Assembly: GCA_000934665.2 (NCBI GenBank)
Contig: KZ538747.1
Location: forward strand, 1 to 49,917
Reading direction: 5' to 3'
Origin: Catajapyx aquilonaris
Lineage: Eukaryota
Length of the DNA: 49,917 bases
Part shown: in pieces, positions 11,970-24,625 of the stretch
Position numbering within the stretch: the stretch's first letter is position 1
Layout of the letters: each line of letters starts with the position of its first letter
Notes under the pieces: model-generated
The model's input: the letters and a program-made list of their open reading frames with translations, nothing else
Told to the model about the DNA's origin: nothing
The model's database searches: none
Position numbers and translations under genes: made by a program

Positions 11970-13290
11970 ACAAGCAGATTTAAAAATGAAAATCTGTGCT
12001 TCTGCTTAACATTATACCGGTTGCATTAACATTACTTACATGGATGCTACATTTTGTGCAGGAGTGGTGCACGCTGCTACATACCATGTTGTTCACTATT
12101 ATTCATTTCTTAGCCATGAGAGTCATGAGACAGTAACAAACTCTTAAGAGTAGGAAATCAGCAAGGATTGCAGAAATTCTGAAGGATGTAATTTGTATTA
12201 TTAACTAAGATTTTTGGTGCAAAAGGTGCAGGATCACTCCTATTACTATTCGCATATATGAGGACATACCTTTAGTGTTAATCAGAAGCACTGGTAAACC
12301 TGGTTTCATGATAGCCTGAAGCTATAGATAACTTAAGGTCTTTTTTTAACATTACACTTTACGTTGTGCTTTTTAAAATTGTTGATTATTAGTTCTGCAC
12401 AGTGTCAGATGTGTAGTGATGGATATGCTGATATGAACTCACATACTCATGAGTTGGACCTGTGGGTAGGAAATTCAGATAAATCTGATGGAAGTTGCTT
12501 GGTTGGCTGATTCCTATCCTTTCATAATTAAGTCATATTTACATGAGGCCCTTGCACTACTGGGTCAAGTTCATGAGGCCCTGTGCCAAGCATAGGCACT
12601 GATGTTGCTGGAATTTGGCTCTAGTGATGCATTTCTTGATGCTGGATGGATATATTTTCCCCACTTTGCACCAAATAAATTTTGACCATGTACAAAGCAC
12701 TATCATGACATAACAACAGAAAAATGGGAGTAATAAACAGTTGCCCGATAAGTACTGTCAGCACGGAAATGGTCTGGACATTTGTCAATGGTCAGCCTAC
12801 TCCCAAGTGTCCGGACAATTATCATGCTGCATTGGAAGCTTGATGGAGCAGACATAGAGGTTGCCCACACAACTATTTGCAAGGGGAGGCCCTTCGTAAT
12901 GGTTGGGCCAAATCAAGGGGGTAACCACTCCCCAAAAAAGGGTACACCAGTTCCTGGAACCAGGTGGTTCCACCAGGTTCCAGGCGGGTTCCACAAGGAC
13001 CCTGTACACCAGTTCCACAAAGTGGTTACCCCCTCGGGCCAAACCCTGCAGAAACTGAAAACTATTGCCATAATTACAAACTTGTGCTTTGCTTTGTGAC
13101 ATCGCAGAGTTCCAGAGGTCACCTTGGAATGGAAGCTTGATGGAGTGGGATATAGGCATAGTGGGTTGATGTCAAGTTGACGGATTATGATTTGAGGGGG
13201 GTGGAAGCTGAAAATAGACGATGTGCAGTACTGTCATGGACTAAATTATTGAGATAATGCATGATTTAGTACAGCAACAAATTGAGTGTA

Positions 13291-13855
13291 CAGTAAAACT
13301 TCTATAAGTTGAATCTCCATGGGACTGGGAAAAAACTTCGAGTTAGAGAAGTTTGAATTTTTTAAAGCACAGAACTCTATAAAGAAGCTACCTTTGTATC
13401 CAGCGACGAAAGGTGTTCAAAACTTAAAAATAACTGTCGCTATCACACTTACGATGTTCCTCGTTGTTTTGTTGTAAAAGAAATCTCCGTTATGGACATT
13501 TGCCTACTCTTAGATTCAAGGATTCAATTGTCACAATCGAGTCAAACACTTCATTCGGTACATCTGATAGACGGAGATCAGGATATTGAAGCCTTTCTGT
13601 ACATGTCTCTACTCTCAACCCTTTGGCTGGGAAATGAGAAAATTTTCCATACTGGCCAACATGAACTTCGACTTAGGGAGACTGAAAATGCATTATATCC
13701 CATCGTAAGGCCCTGCCAGCACTTCGAGTTATAGAAATTAGAGGTAGGGAAGTTTATTTCCTATTATTTTACATTGTGACCAACCAAGCTCATCATTTTC
13801 TTCGACTTATAGAGAACTTTGACTTAGGGAAGTTCGACTTATAGAAGTTTTACTG
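13291..13855. mobile_element. pogo/Tigger-type MITE
   Basis: TA|CAGTAAAACTTCTATAAGT ... ACTTATAGAAGTTTTACTG|TA with repeated subterminal TTCGA(C/G)TTA motifs. Confidence 0.85.
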
Positions 13856-15342
13856 TAATTCCATCAGATGTCACTGCTGGCATCAAGATCCGTGATCCAA
13901 TAGTTATGTAGTAAACAAACTGGTGGGAGGGCTCTCAACCTGAATGCATTACAATGGGTGACTACCATGTCCATCACCCTGGAATGAGCCCTATCCATGC
14001 ACAGCATTACATAATTATGTTATGTTCATTTTCCCTCAGTGTTGTCCTTTCCAGCATTTGTTGATGCTGGTGTACAAGTTGCGGAAACGGAAAGAGAGGC
14101 GATCCTCCCTCTACCTCACCAGTCGTGATGTGAGGTAGAGGGAGGATCACCTCTCTTGAAGGCTAATTTGATTCTCAAGCTTGATAACTCACTCATTTCC
14201 ATGACTGTACACAGGCACTGGAGATTGCCAGCCCTTGTACGGAGCCATGCAGGATAGGTGCCCTGTTTGTCAGCCAGATCTATTATTTTGTAACAGGTCA
14301 AGGTTATGATCCATCCTGAGGCAAGAAATCAATCACTGAGTCTAAATAGGGTTTTAGCCTCTATCTGAAATTATTATTATGCTCTAGGAGTCTAGGTAGT
14401 GAGGTAATACCCTGAATCACACAATCATCCCATGCATTGGCTGCATTTCAATCAACCTATTTACAGCAATAAACTGCCTGAAAAAATTGCGAAGTCACAA
14501 AAGTATTTGTTGAGACACCCTCATGTCATAGGTGCCCATGACAAGTTTAAGCGTTGTTAAAATGTTACTATTAAATGGCATTCCATTTTTATACACCAAA
14601 ACTGAAAGTAAAATCAACACTGCATCACATGGAAACCAAAGCTCATTAGGAGTTTCTCTCCGCATAGAAATTGTTCATAGGGGACTAGTGATTTTTAATG
14701 GGGAGTTTTAAACTTTTGTCTCAACCATCTAGGACCTCACCTGCTGCAGGGTATCACGGAATTGAGAACATTGTGAATTGTCCCCATGTGAATGTGGCCT
14801 TACCATACACAGAAAGGAAACAGCCACCCAACAACTTGACAATAAAGCTGTCCACCTATGTATCCCACAGGTTCCAAATTTGTATGAGAATGTGCCTTAA
14901 AATGGCTTTCTTCAGTGAAATGTAGCATTAGTTGATTGACATGGTTGAACTTCTATTTATAATAATTTATTCTTATTTTTGTGCATTGAGTACCGTACTT
15001 GCTGTTGACACTGACCTCACTCAGGTGTAAATGATTTCCTGGCTGGGTGATGGGAAGTGGAGAGTAGTCACTTGGCTCAAGACCACAAAATTTTGTTATA
15101 AAATATGTATGTTCTTTCGATAACATTTTTTCCTCTCGATTTCTAAGAGATGATGGGTTTTTTAATACACAAGATCACATGCCAAAACTCTTTACTTTTG
15201 ATACAATGCAAACTCTTCAGGTTAAATGTGTTCATTTCTTTAATTTGTATGTAAATGTACCTTAACAAGGCATTTCTCCAATGAAAGGACTAGTGTGGTC
15301 ATATGGTTGAACTTTTCCAATTACAAGTTAAATATAATTAGA

Positions 15343-15473
15343 ATGGTTGGAATTTTCGTCCCACTGCTAGTTACTGCTAACTTAGTAGTACCAAGAGCTA
15401 ATGGTAGTACCAGTGCCAATTCTGGTACTACTATGTTAGCAGTAACTAGCAGTCGGACAAAAATTCCACCCTA
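15343..15473. mobile_element. Small hairpin MITE (GGGTGGAATTTTCGTC family), copy 2
   Basis: Homologous to 7574-7687; self-complementary. Confidence 0.8.
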
Positions 15474-15636
15474 TAACATTATATTGAATCAGTGTGTTTA
15501 TGACTGCTTACCTCACTTGCATGAAAACCAAGTTGATGATTGGATGATAGGAAATGCTGAAGAGTGTTACCTAGCTCAAGGCCATAGTAACTTGGGATGA
15601 TTTTTTGTTTTGTTTTGTTTTGTTTATTAACAAATA

Positions 15637-15814
15637 CAGTCCACTCCAGATATAGAGACTTCAAGGGACTGTGGAAATCAGTATCGTATAACAGGTTTCC
15701 TATGTCCAAATACACGGGCCATATTTTATGGAAGTATGGCAGGGCCAGCCTTTGAAGTTATAGCTATGACTGAGGGTTGCTTATAGCCGAGGATCATACA
15801 TCAGGAGTCGATTG
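15637..15814 (+). mobile_element. Tigger-like MITE (ACTTCAAGGGACCGCAGAAATCAG family), CpG-decayed copy
   Basis: Homologous to 22529-22613, 29965-30123 and 43540-43706; TA flanks. Confidence 0.75.
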
Positions 15815-17169
15815 TACATGCTTTTTTCAGCTCCATTTCTAAGAGAATACGAGTTTTATTTGCTCTATAGGCCATGCAGGAAATTCTTTTGGAACAGGGN
15901 CCCCCCCCCCCCCCCCCAAAAAAAGAAAAAAAACCTGTGAATGTTTCTAGCAAACCCTAGCTCCCATTTTAAATCTGTGATGCATATTTGCCATATTTAA
16001 GTCCAGAGTCATGTGGGAGTTGTCAAGCCCTAAAGCAGTATGCTGCCTGAATATATGTGCCAGAAATTACTTGACAAGTGCCACAGGACTCATGGTCTTA
16101 GTTTCCATTTGATATACTTACAGTTAAGTTGTATGTTGTTTAGTAAGACAGTGATAAAATATTATGTTTAATAATCATTTGTTTCTTAAATTATAGATTT
16201 TCAAAGGTTCAGTTTTCTACGCTTAGCCTGTGTAGTCGTCGTGATGAACGAAGAGTTCACGAACATTAAAAAAATATATAAGCCAGGATTCTAAAATTTA
16301 TTTGTATATAACCTGTACATACGAAATGTTTTCAGGGATCAAGCCGAATCGTTTCGTGGCGTTTGTGTAAAATTAGGAAAAGCTGCTGGCAGATTTTTGT
16401 TGGGAGAGAAGTTCTTTATGCTCCCTGTCCCCTTCTCCCCATGATAATAAATATTGCAACATTGAAAGATTATGATGGGTATGTATGGAATATTGGTGCA
16501 TATGATGTATTAAAGCAAAACATTGGTAATACTGATCCCAATTTGTATCTGTAGTTCTTTGTAATTGAATTTAACCATAAATAGTAGTTTCCAAATGCAG
16601 CATGTTATTTGTTTTATTTCCCAAGCCCTTCTAATCACTGATGACCTTTGGGGCATACTATTCTCTGAGGAATAATCCCAAGCAATGATTGGCTGTCAGT
16701 CTGGGCAAGGATTACAACCTGTATTTGATTGGGGATTAGATGTCTGCACCTTCACTCCTGGGTTCAACAACAGGCACTTCTTATTTCATGTGCTGGCCAT
16801 CTCTGATCCTCAATTCGTGTCACCTGGCCATGGGAAAGGAAGAACACACATATACACACAAAAAAACTAAATCAGTAGAGAGCAGATGTTTCACCTTTTA
16901 TCAAGAGAGCATACATGAGGATGTGGTGGAGGGGATGCCAATGAGAATTGCAGCGTTGCAACTGCTTCTGAACTAACATTTGAGGTGGCAACACTGGCTT
17001 TATTTCCCTTCAATGGTAACAAATCAAGAGAGCTACACTAGAGAGATTTTTTGGGGTTACATATCAATGATACAGACCTAATTAAATAAGCGAGCGATTT
17101 TTGAGTTCCTAACATAGTGCCAAATCATGACGCAAATGAATGTGTACATAGGGCACCTATACAGTTGCT

Positions 17170-18891
17170 ACGTGTTGGTCAATCGTGGTGGTTTATTTTT
17201 ACAAGGTAAGATGATTAATGAAAGAGGATTGGGAGATAGTTGCCAAGAGAAACTATCATCCAAACCTGCTTTTTGTACAAGCTAAATCAAAGTGACTAGG
17301 GAGTTGGAAATGAATACAACGATCTAAGGATGAAGAGAGAGAAGAGAAAGAAAGAAACCGACTGAGATCATTTGGACGTGTACTCCCAAAACCAGCTTAA
17401 TATAAAAACTGAGAAGCAGAAGGTACAATATTGGGAGGGACGACGCCTATGCTTAACGCCGGCAAAACTACTTTTTGACTAGATTCCACTCGAATCTTAC
17501 CCTTTTTCAAAGGGAAGTAGAGATTATATAAGGTGTATTTAAAAATAAGAAAAATAAATAAATAACCCTCGCAGATACAAAATCCTAAACAGCAACTTAG
17601 TACAAAATAAATAACTTCTGACTTGAACATAAATTAAACATAAATATATGTGTAAAATCCTCCAACGTAAAATAAACTCAAAAAATGGTTTGTGGAAAAA
17701 TATAACTGAAAATCTGTCTCATTTTCAGAAGTGAAAATTAGAACAAAATTAAATGCTCGTAATATTGTACACAAGACAGATTCTCTTCCTTTTTCAAAGC
17801 AATAAAAACTTAAGAACATGCAAAATATTACATCATAATAATTATATCACTTCCAACACAAGACTAGGCAGATTCTGACTATGAAAATGATTAGATAGAA
17901 GTGTTTGCCTCACTTATAGAATTTTGCATTTTGTACGTAGATTATGTGGAAGAACAACTCTGGGAGGTCGGTGAAAGTGCAGCAGGTTACAACTCATCTC
18001 ATAATATACCGTACATGTACGATGTGATTGTCTATGAGGTGCTTTCATTACTGTTTTTTTTTTTTTACAAGCGAGGCAAACTCGACTAGGTTCGTTTCCA
18101 TTTTTTTCTGGTTTTCATTTTTGTAAATGTTACTAATTATAATTATCATCATATTGGTGTCAGGAAGTCCGAAAGTCGCTGAAAAAAAAACCCTGATATT
18201 CATTAGCATTTGCGTGCACGACAGGGAATGACATTTCGACTCAATTGTTACGGTCTAGTAATTAGTTCAAAATGAAAATTGCCATGCACTTGCCGAAAAG
18301 CCTTCCATCTGGAGCGCATTACAATTGGCCAAATGTGTGGTAGTTCCCATAATGAACGGGAGAGCAGCTGACGTGAAGTCACCCCTGTCATGCGCGGAAA
18401 AGCCCCCCCCCCCCCNNNNNNCCCCCCCCCCAAAAAAAAAAAATCAAATTAATAATTCATATTTTGTCAGTCTCGCAACTTGTGGACTCCCTGAGATTCA
18501 GCAACAGGTTTTTGCCAATACGACGACAATTATCTCCAAAACAGTTCCGTTCATCCTCCCCTCTTGAAACACCTACATTGACGCAGATTGACCCGCATAT
18601 CCTAATAATTATGTGATTGTGTAATTCAAATTTTGTAACAAATTTTGAGAGTTATATTCCTCAATGAAATATCGAAAATACGGGCGAGATCCAGAATATA
18701 TACGATTCAAACCTTGGCGCGGAATGAGATTCAGCTATATGTGGTACGTCATACATAACGCCTGATTGTCTGCATGTCGGGTCAATGAGCGCCGCGAGGG
18801 GGGAAGAACGAACGGATAGAAAGAACATAATTATTATGGCGACGGAGTCACGGGGAGCGCGGGAAAATCGACCCGACGCTACTGTCTTAAC
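17170..18891 (-). promoter_or_regulatory. Putative ~1.7-kb 3' UTR of the INSM gene with clustered miRNA seed sites
   Basis: AT-rich, no obvious transposons; candidate - strand AATAAA at 17192-17197; miR-279, bantam and miR-305 seed matches. Confidence 0.55.
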
Positions 18892-19444
18892 CTACGAGAT
18901 ATCCTGACGATGGCGCAGGGACGTCAAGTCCACCGGTGCGTCGAAAGCGGGGGAGGAGGAAGAACCTGATGGGGTGGGAGATGGAGAAGTAGAATCCGGA
19001 GGAACGCTTTTGATGATGGTGCTGACGGTGGTTGTTGTGGTGGGAGTTGTTGTGGTGTTGGTGGTGGTGACGGACGCGGTGTTGCTGGTGGTGGTTGGTC
19101 TTGGCCGATGCCATCGTCGGTGGGAGGCCAGATTGGCGGGGCAGTTGAACAGCTTGTGGCAGTCGGGACATCGGTACTCAAGATGGACTATACGAGAGCA
19201 CCTGTGCCTGGCCAGACCAAAGGCATCGCGGAAGAGGCGCCGACAGAGACGGCAGACGAAGGCGCCGATGCGATTTTCGATCTTGGCCAGCTCTGCCACA
19301 GCCTCCGCTGTCGCTTCGACCGTATTGTGCGCCGGATCGATGTCTCCTCCGATGCCGGCCGACTCGGGGTCATCTTCGTCCTCCTCCGACATACCCTCGG
19401 AGGTAGCCATATCTCTAGCGTCGTCAACTCCTACAGCCACCGCT
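18892..19444 (-). CDS. INSM1: INSM1/nerfin-like zinc-finger transcription factor, exon 2
   Basis: [82 protein letters not shown] is the INSM/nerfin signature. TTCCACAG| acceptor at 19445-19446. Confidence 0.92.
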
Positions 19445-19500
19445 CTGTGGAAGTGCCCCGTCAGAGATGCCGAACAAGCATGTAAGCTTCTTTGGCTTAC

Positions 19501-19961
19501 CTGAGGATGATTGTTCCCGAGACAGGTGATGCTTCTTCTTCGTCTAACATGTGGAGGCGCCTGGATGTCTTCCCTTTTCTGGGAGAAGCGCCAATGCTGC
19601 CGGTGCTGCCAGTGTTGCTCCTTTTCCGTGGCGAAGACGGGGATGGTGATGGGCTTTGGGTGATGGGACTGATTGGGGTGGTGGCCTTGATGCTGAGGTC
19701 CAAACCGGTGGTTTGTGGAGGCGTCGCTGGAGCCATCATCCAGGTGCGCCAAATGGAATCGGGAAGGGGAGGCGCCGTCAGGAGGGCGCCGTGTTGGTGG
19801 TGATGGGCAGGGAGAGGGAGGGGTGGGGCGCGCCGTCGGCAGGCGTCGGCAGCAGCGGCAGCAGCAGCAGCAACGACCGCCACCTCCGACTCGCTGGCGT
19901 CGCGCCCGACGACGTCTGGCGTCGCGTGGTGGAGCCTTTTCACCAGAAATCCCCGTGGCAT
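19501..19961 (-). CDS. INSM1: INSM1/nerfin-like transcription factor, exon 1 (SNAG domain)
   Basis: Starts MPRGFLVKR (SNAG) and includes the conserved SPVSGTII. Donor AG|GTAAGC; a 56-nt intron (19445-19500) joins both ORFs into 337 aa. Confidence 0.92.
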
Positions 19962-20447
19962 GGCGATGACGGTGCTCACCGACTTATCGGAGCTTCTGCT
20001 GCGTCACCTATGCATAAGATATACGCATGCTTCATTTGTCCAATCCCTCCAGCCATGTGGCACATAATAAATCCTATTACACCTAAACGCATATGTGAGA
20101 GACTATTACGCCTGCTATCTCTTCAGCCCCTTATTGGCCCCGAATCGATCATTTAATTTTCCCACCAAGCTTGTGTATCCTTCCCGATAGCTCCCTAATC
20201 GCGATATACAGCCACCTGTTAGCCCATTTGGCCACAGCTAGATTATGCCGAGATTACTGCGTTCCAATACGCCAAACTTCAACCCATCTAATTGTTAGTG
20301 CTACATGTTCCCATTGTTACGTCACAATCATCCGGTAGTACCGGCTTCCAAAAAATTGACAAATTGTTCGGGAGTCGGTGCAACCGGACATGTGATCAAT
20401 CATTTTCATATCTCAGGTAATTAATAACACGCAATTAAAATACCAAT

Positions 20448-20565
20448 TTGGTCGAATTTTCGTCGTGCTACTAGTTAGTAGTTACTTCTAACTTAGGAGT
20501 ACCAGTGTTGGCAATGGTACTGTTAAGTTAGCAGTAACTATCAGTGGGACGAAAATTACACCCAT
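20448..20565. mobile_element. Small hairpin MITE (GGGTGGAATTTTCGTC family), copy 3, ~490 bp upstream of the INSM ATG
   Basis: Homologous to 7574-7687. Confidence 0.75.
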
Positions 20566-21699
20566 TGTCACTAGCAGTGTTTTGTATACATCGCATCCCA
20601 CCTCGTTAACAAGTCAATCTGCTATTGGGCCATCACTGCCGCTTTCGCACCTGTATTGTTAATTACTGCTTGAACACCACTTGTTGACAAAACCCACTTC
20701 TAATTCATTCCCATCGCCCCTCAACCGCCCTAAAACCCATCTCAAAACAAGCCCATTCCCCTTCCAAGAACCTGTCATGCAACCAATACCCACCTGAGAT
20801 GTTGTTAGGTGATGACCAAAGTTGGGCCGGCAGATGTTACAAGGCAGCAGCAGGCGGCGAGCAAGCCGGCCGCGCGGCCGCATGGCGATGGTGTAACTGG
20901 GCGTCGGGGGCGTCCGCACGACGCTTTTGCGCCAGGACGACACCTCCCCCAACGACATGGTATTGGCTCTCTGAAACATTGGGCGGGGTCTAACTCCACA
21001 TCCGATTGGCCACAGCCTCAATACCCCCAGTACCGACAGCTGCAATCTTCTCTCCCAGGTGAGGCGATCAGGTCAAAAGAGTGGGGGGGCAAAAGGTGAA
21101 GATTGACCCCCATCCGGAAGATCCATGGATCAATCTTAAGATTTTTTAAAAATAAAGTATATAGTATCCTGACTATTCAAGGGTACCTTTCATACACTGA
21201 TGTGTTACAGGTTGCGGGGATACCAGGCGTAGGAATAGCCTCGGGTAATCAGTCCAGGTTGGTAATATCCGGGGCGGTAAAACTGGCTCAAAGGCCTGAA
21301 TTAATTGCAGGACCGGCGCTAATATAGCGCCAGGGAGACACAGATATGTATCTAATCACTGCCAGACGTTATTTATTGGTTGCTCTTTTTTTTTAATGTT
21401 AATAAAATTTCTAGGATAGGTTAAGGTGTAGTGTCATTTTGGGGGGGNCCACACCTACTCTTTCTATTGATTCGGGTTTGAGTTTCTAGGATGGTTGGTG
21501 GAAACTGAAGCTCAGGGACAATATTTGCACACTTTCTGTCCACTTTGTGATGTTGCGTCATAATGCAGACAGATGGGTTACTCCTGTCTAGTGGATGTCA
21601 CTAGTTATTATCTAAAGTTTTATTATCACGTACGGTGCGGGAGCTTCAACCGTCGTTTTTAGGTAGGAAAAAAAAGAAGGGGGGATGAATGTAAACATT

Positions 21700-21885
21700 G
21701 GTGACGTCAGGGTTACGTAAGAAGGGGGCAAAAAGGAAGGAACAGGTGATGTGACGTGTGGTAAGGAAGTCCCGGGAGTCTCGGGGTGGTTATAGTAAGA
21801 AGGTTGAGGTTGAAGGCACCGACCCGTGCACACAAAGGACGCTGGTTAGGGCCATCTGCGTTGGGCGTGACGTCAGGGCAGGTGG
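21700..21885. promoter_or_regulatory. Candidate proximal INSM enhancer (CRE sites and E-boxes)
   Basis: TGACGTCA at 21702 and 21868, TTACGTAA at 21713, CAGGTG at 21743 and 21879. Confidence 0.45.
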
Positions 21886-22528
21886 CCCAGGGTCTGCCCC
21901 CCTCCAGCACGGCATATACTCACCCACCCTTTCACACATAAGGTTCTTTCCCCCCACCTTCTGCCTCCCCCTGAACCCACATCACGACCCCCCTCTTGTG
22001 TTGGCGGGGGTCGCGTGGCCACGCACGCGACGCTATATGGGGGCCAAACCATGCGTTGCCAATCCTCCACCACCACCTTGTTCATTCCTACCTCGTTCCC
22101 CTGGAACGACCTAACAATGTTCATGTACATGTCTTTCTCTGTTATGTTTTTAAGACCACTTTTACGTGTTGATCACGTCAAGAATGCGAAATAATAGCAA
22201 TTTCAATATAACTCAAATTGATGTAGGAAAACATAATTTCCGCCCCTAATATATTATTACAGGTACTGCTATCGAGCTATCAGCATCAGACGCAGTGGCT
22301 CGTAAGTGCTTGTTCGCATTCAAACAGGCTCCAATAAGAGCTCATTATGCAGGATGTTCCAATTGAAATGTCATTAGTAGTTAGCGATTTTTTTTGGCAC
22401 TAAACTGCTCATTTATAAGCAGTTACTTCTGCACGATTACGTTTAGTGGTCAAAATTATGGTATGTGCTAATATTAGACGGAATTGAGTCACATAACCAA
22501 GCCGATTGGGAAGGTCAATTGTCTTATA

Positions 22529-22613
22529 CAGTAGACTCCGGATATAACAAACTTCAAGGGACCGCAGAAATCAGTCTGCTATAGCCGAGGTTTGTTATAT
22601 CCGGAGTCAACTG
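22529..22613 (+). mobile_element. Short Tigger-like MITE
   Basis: TA|CAGTAGACTCCGGATATAAC ... GTTATATCCGGAGTCAACTG. Confidence 0.8.
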
Positions 22614-24059
22614 TTTATGTAACCCATTTTTTTCTGAATCCACACAGCCTAATTTGATAGCCACTAACTATGAACAGCAGCGCCAAAAATTGCTAACCAC
22701 TGGCACACCCTGTACAACTTCAAGGCAAGCCATTGACAACCGAGATAAAAGGCCGCAACGTACACAAACCCTATACAGTCACCATCAAAAAATATCATTT
22801 CTGATTAGTACTAATTAAGCATCTCTCATGATCTGCTGTTCCAAGGAGAAATCCAATGAGCTGGGTACATCCACGTAATGTACAGAGCATGATCTAAGTA
22901 AGGTGTTGAGGCAGGGGTGCATATGAGGCCCGGTGTGTGGCAACTGCGGATCGGGGGCGCGATGTATAGGGCTTTGTGCCCGAGGATGGGAGAATGGAGC
23001 AGGCGGGCGCCGGCTCTTTTGGGATGCAGAATAACAGGGGTGGGCAGTGGCAGGCTGCAACAGCAGCGTGGGTACGCCGGCCAGTCCCCTCGCAGTCTGT
23101 CTGTCGGACCCCCGCCACCTAATCACCCTCAGAACTCATCACAAAGGAAAGCCAAGCTCCGGAATCAAAGAGCTCAACAGGTTCCCTTCCGTAGATGGCA
23201 GCCCAGCGGACCGGGCTCCCATCCATCGGGAGGGGTTGATGGGGGAGGGCTTTCCCTCCTCTCAACTATAGAGGGTCCATCCTGGGAGACAGACTCATCT
23301 GCTCAGATGGTTGTCCCCCGGCCACAAATTCCGGGCACGGAAACCTTAACGGCGCCCCGGGAAGCATCAAATCACGGTCAGGAATGCGACGCTCATTACT
23401 TTCAGAGCATTCTCCACCCACATGCCGCCCACTACGGAACACAAGCCCATACCTTCCTTGGATCTTCGCACAACTTCATATTCCTCCAGGAACAAAAATC
23501 ATTACGCAGCTCGCTGTAATGGGCGTACTCAAAGGACAAAATTGCAGGCAAGGTCATGCCGTAATGAAAATTCCTGACGCGCAATGCCTATCTGCTGATA
23601 TATACATTATTTTTATGCCAGGTGCTTGCGTTTTATATACATTGTCGCTGGACAAATATAGGGCGTGTACGGGCTACCATATTGATTTATATCGACAAGA
23701 TCGACAGGAACGTGGGAATGGCACTGATTGGCGACGCAGGCATTTCTGAAATTGCATTAATGGAAACGCATTAGGATGACGAAGCATATGCTCAATACGC
23801 CCGTTGCACTTGAACAACCCACATGCGGGCACCATCCTGGACCCCACAATAGACAATACCGAAAAAAAGCATACTTTCATACATACATTTATACACACCC
23901 ACATATCCCCCTACCCTCCCACCGCGCAACTGTTACAATATGAATCAGGAGTGTGGCCACCCTGATGACCTCTATTATGTAAGAAGCTCTCTAAGGGTTC
24001 CTTCCCCCCTTCCTGAGTGCAGGATTACAATGTGTAGGCACGCGAGCGAACGGTCCGTT

Positions 24060-24625
24060 GGACCAGCTGAATGGAAATTGGTAAGCGTCGGTTGCTGTAG
24101 GTCCAGCTGGTAGATGACGTCACACAACATTCGGTTCGACCACCGTAGGGGTGTTTTTCAATGTTGAGGGCAACAGGGTGGAAACTCACCTGGTAGGACG
24201 GAAGGAAGGAAGGAAGGGGCTGTGGGGGTAAGGGCAGCCAGTAAGGGCAGCTGTGTGTATTTGTATTGAAAAGAGGGGATCACGGCGCGGCGGCAGGAAC
24301 GGCACGCGACTGTTTTTTCCCGCCAGCTGACGTCACTACCGAAGCGCACGCGCCACCACTGCTGACTCAACCACCTGGTCCTACCTCCAAATTACGCATA
24401 TTCAGATTTATTGTCACACCCTGTACAATCCGTTTGAATTACAATAGTTGAACATCTCGTTACATTTGGTCCTATCAAATGTTTTTTTAAACCGAATATT
24501 GCGATGTAATTGCTAATGTGGACACGTCACCAGGTGAGTCTGCTACCTGGCGCCAAGGGGACTCTGTGACCCCCGCCGCACCCTCTTTTTTTACCTTTTT
24601 TTTGAGTCAGCAGGTGACGTCATCG
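24060..24625. promoter_or_regulatory. Candidate proneural (bHLH) enhancer of the INSM gene
   Basis: Eight CAGCTG/CAGGTG/CACCTG E-boxes, three TGACGTCA, two AP-1 sites and two CACGCG in ~560 bp. Confidence 0.6.

Noticed and set aside
12832..13160. ORFs and an imperfect palindrome/direct repeat downstream of the BTB gene
   Set aside because: No domain recognised and ends unresolved; likely a decayed TE.
17476..17497. TGACTAGATTCCACTCG as a miR-279-family gene, and TGAGATCATTTG at 17363 as bantam
   Set aside because: No complementary 5' arm to form a precursor hairpin; better explained as target sites on the - strand mRNA.
19445..19752. N-terminal part of the 286-aa ORF, suggesting a frameshift or two genes
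   Set aside because: A canonical 56-nt GT-AG intron joins the two ORFs.
19962..19979. MSTVIA extension before the SNAG motif
   Set aside because: Non-ATG start from the ORF caller; SNAG must be at the extreme N-terminus.
18974..20156. Long + strand ORFs antisense to INSM
   Set aside because: By-products of GC-rich, low-complexity coding sequence on the opposite strand.
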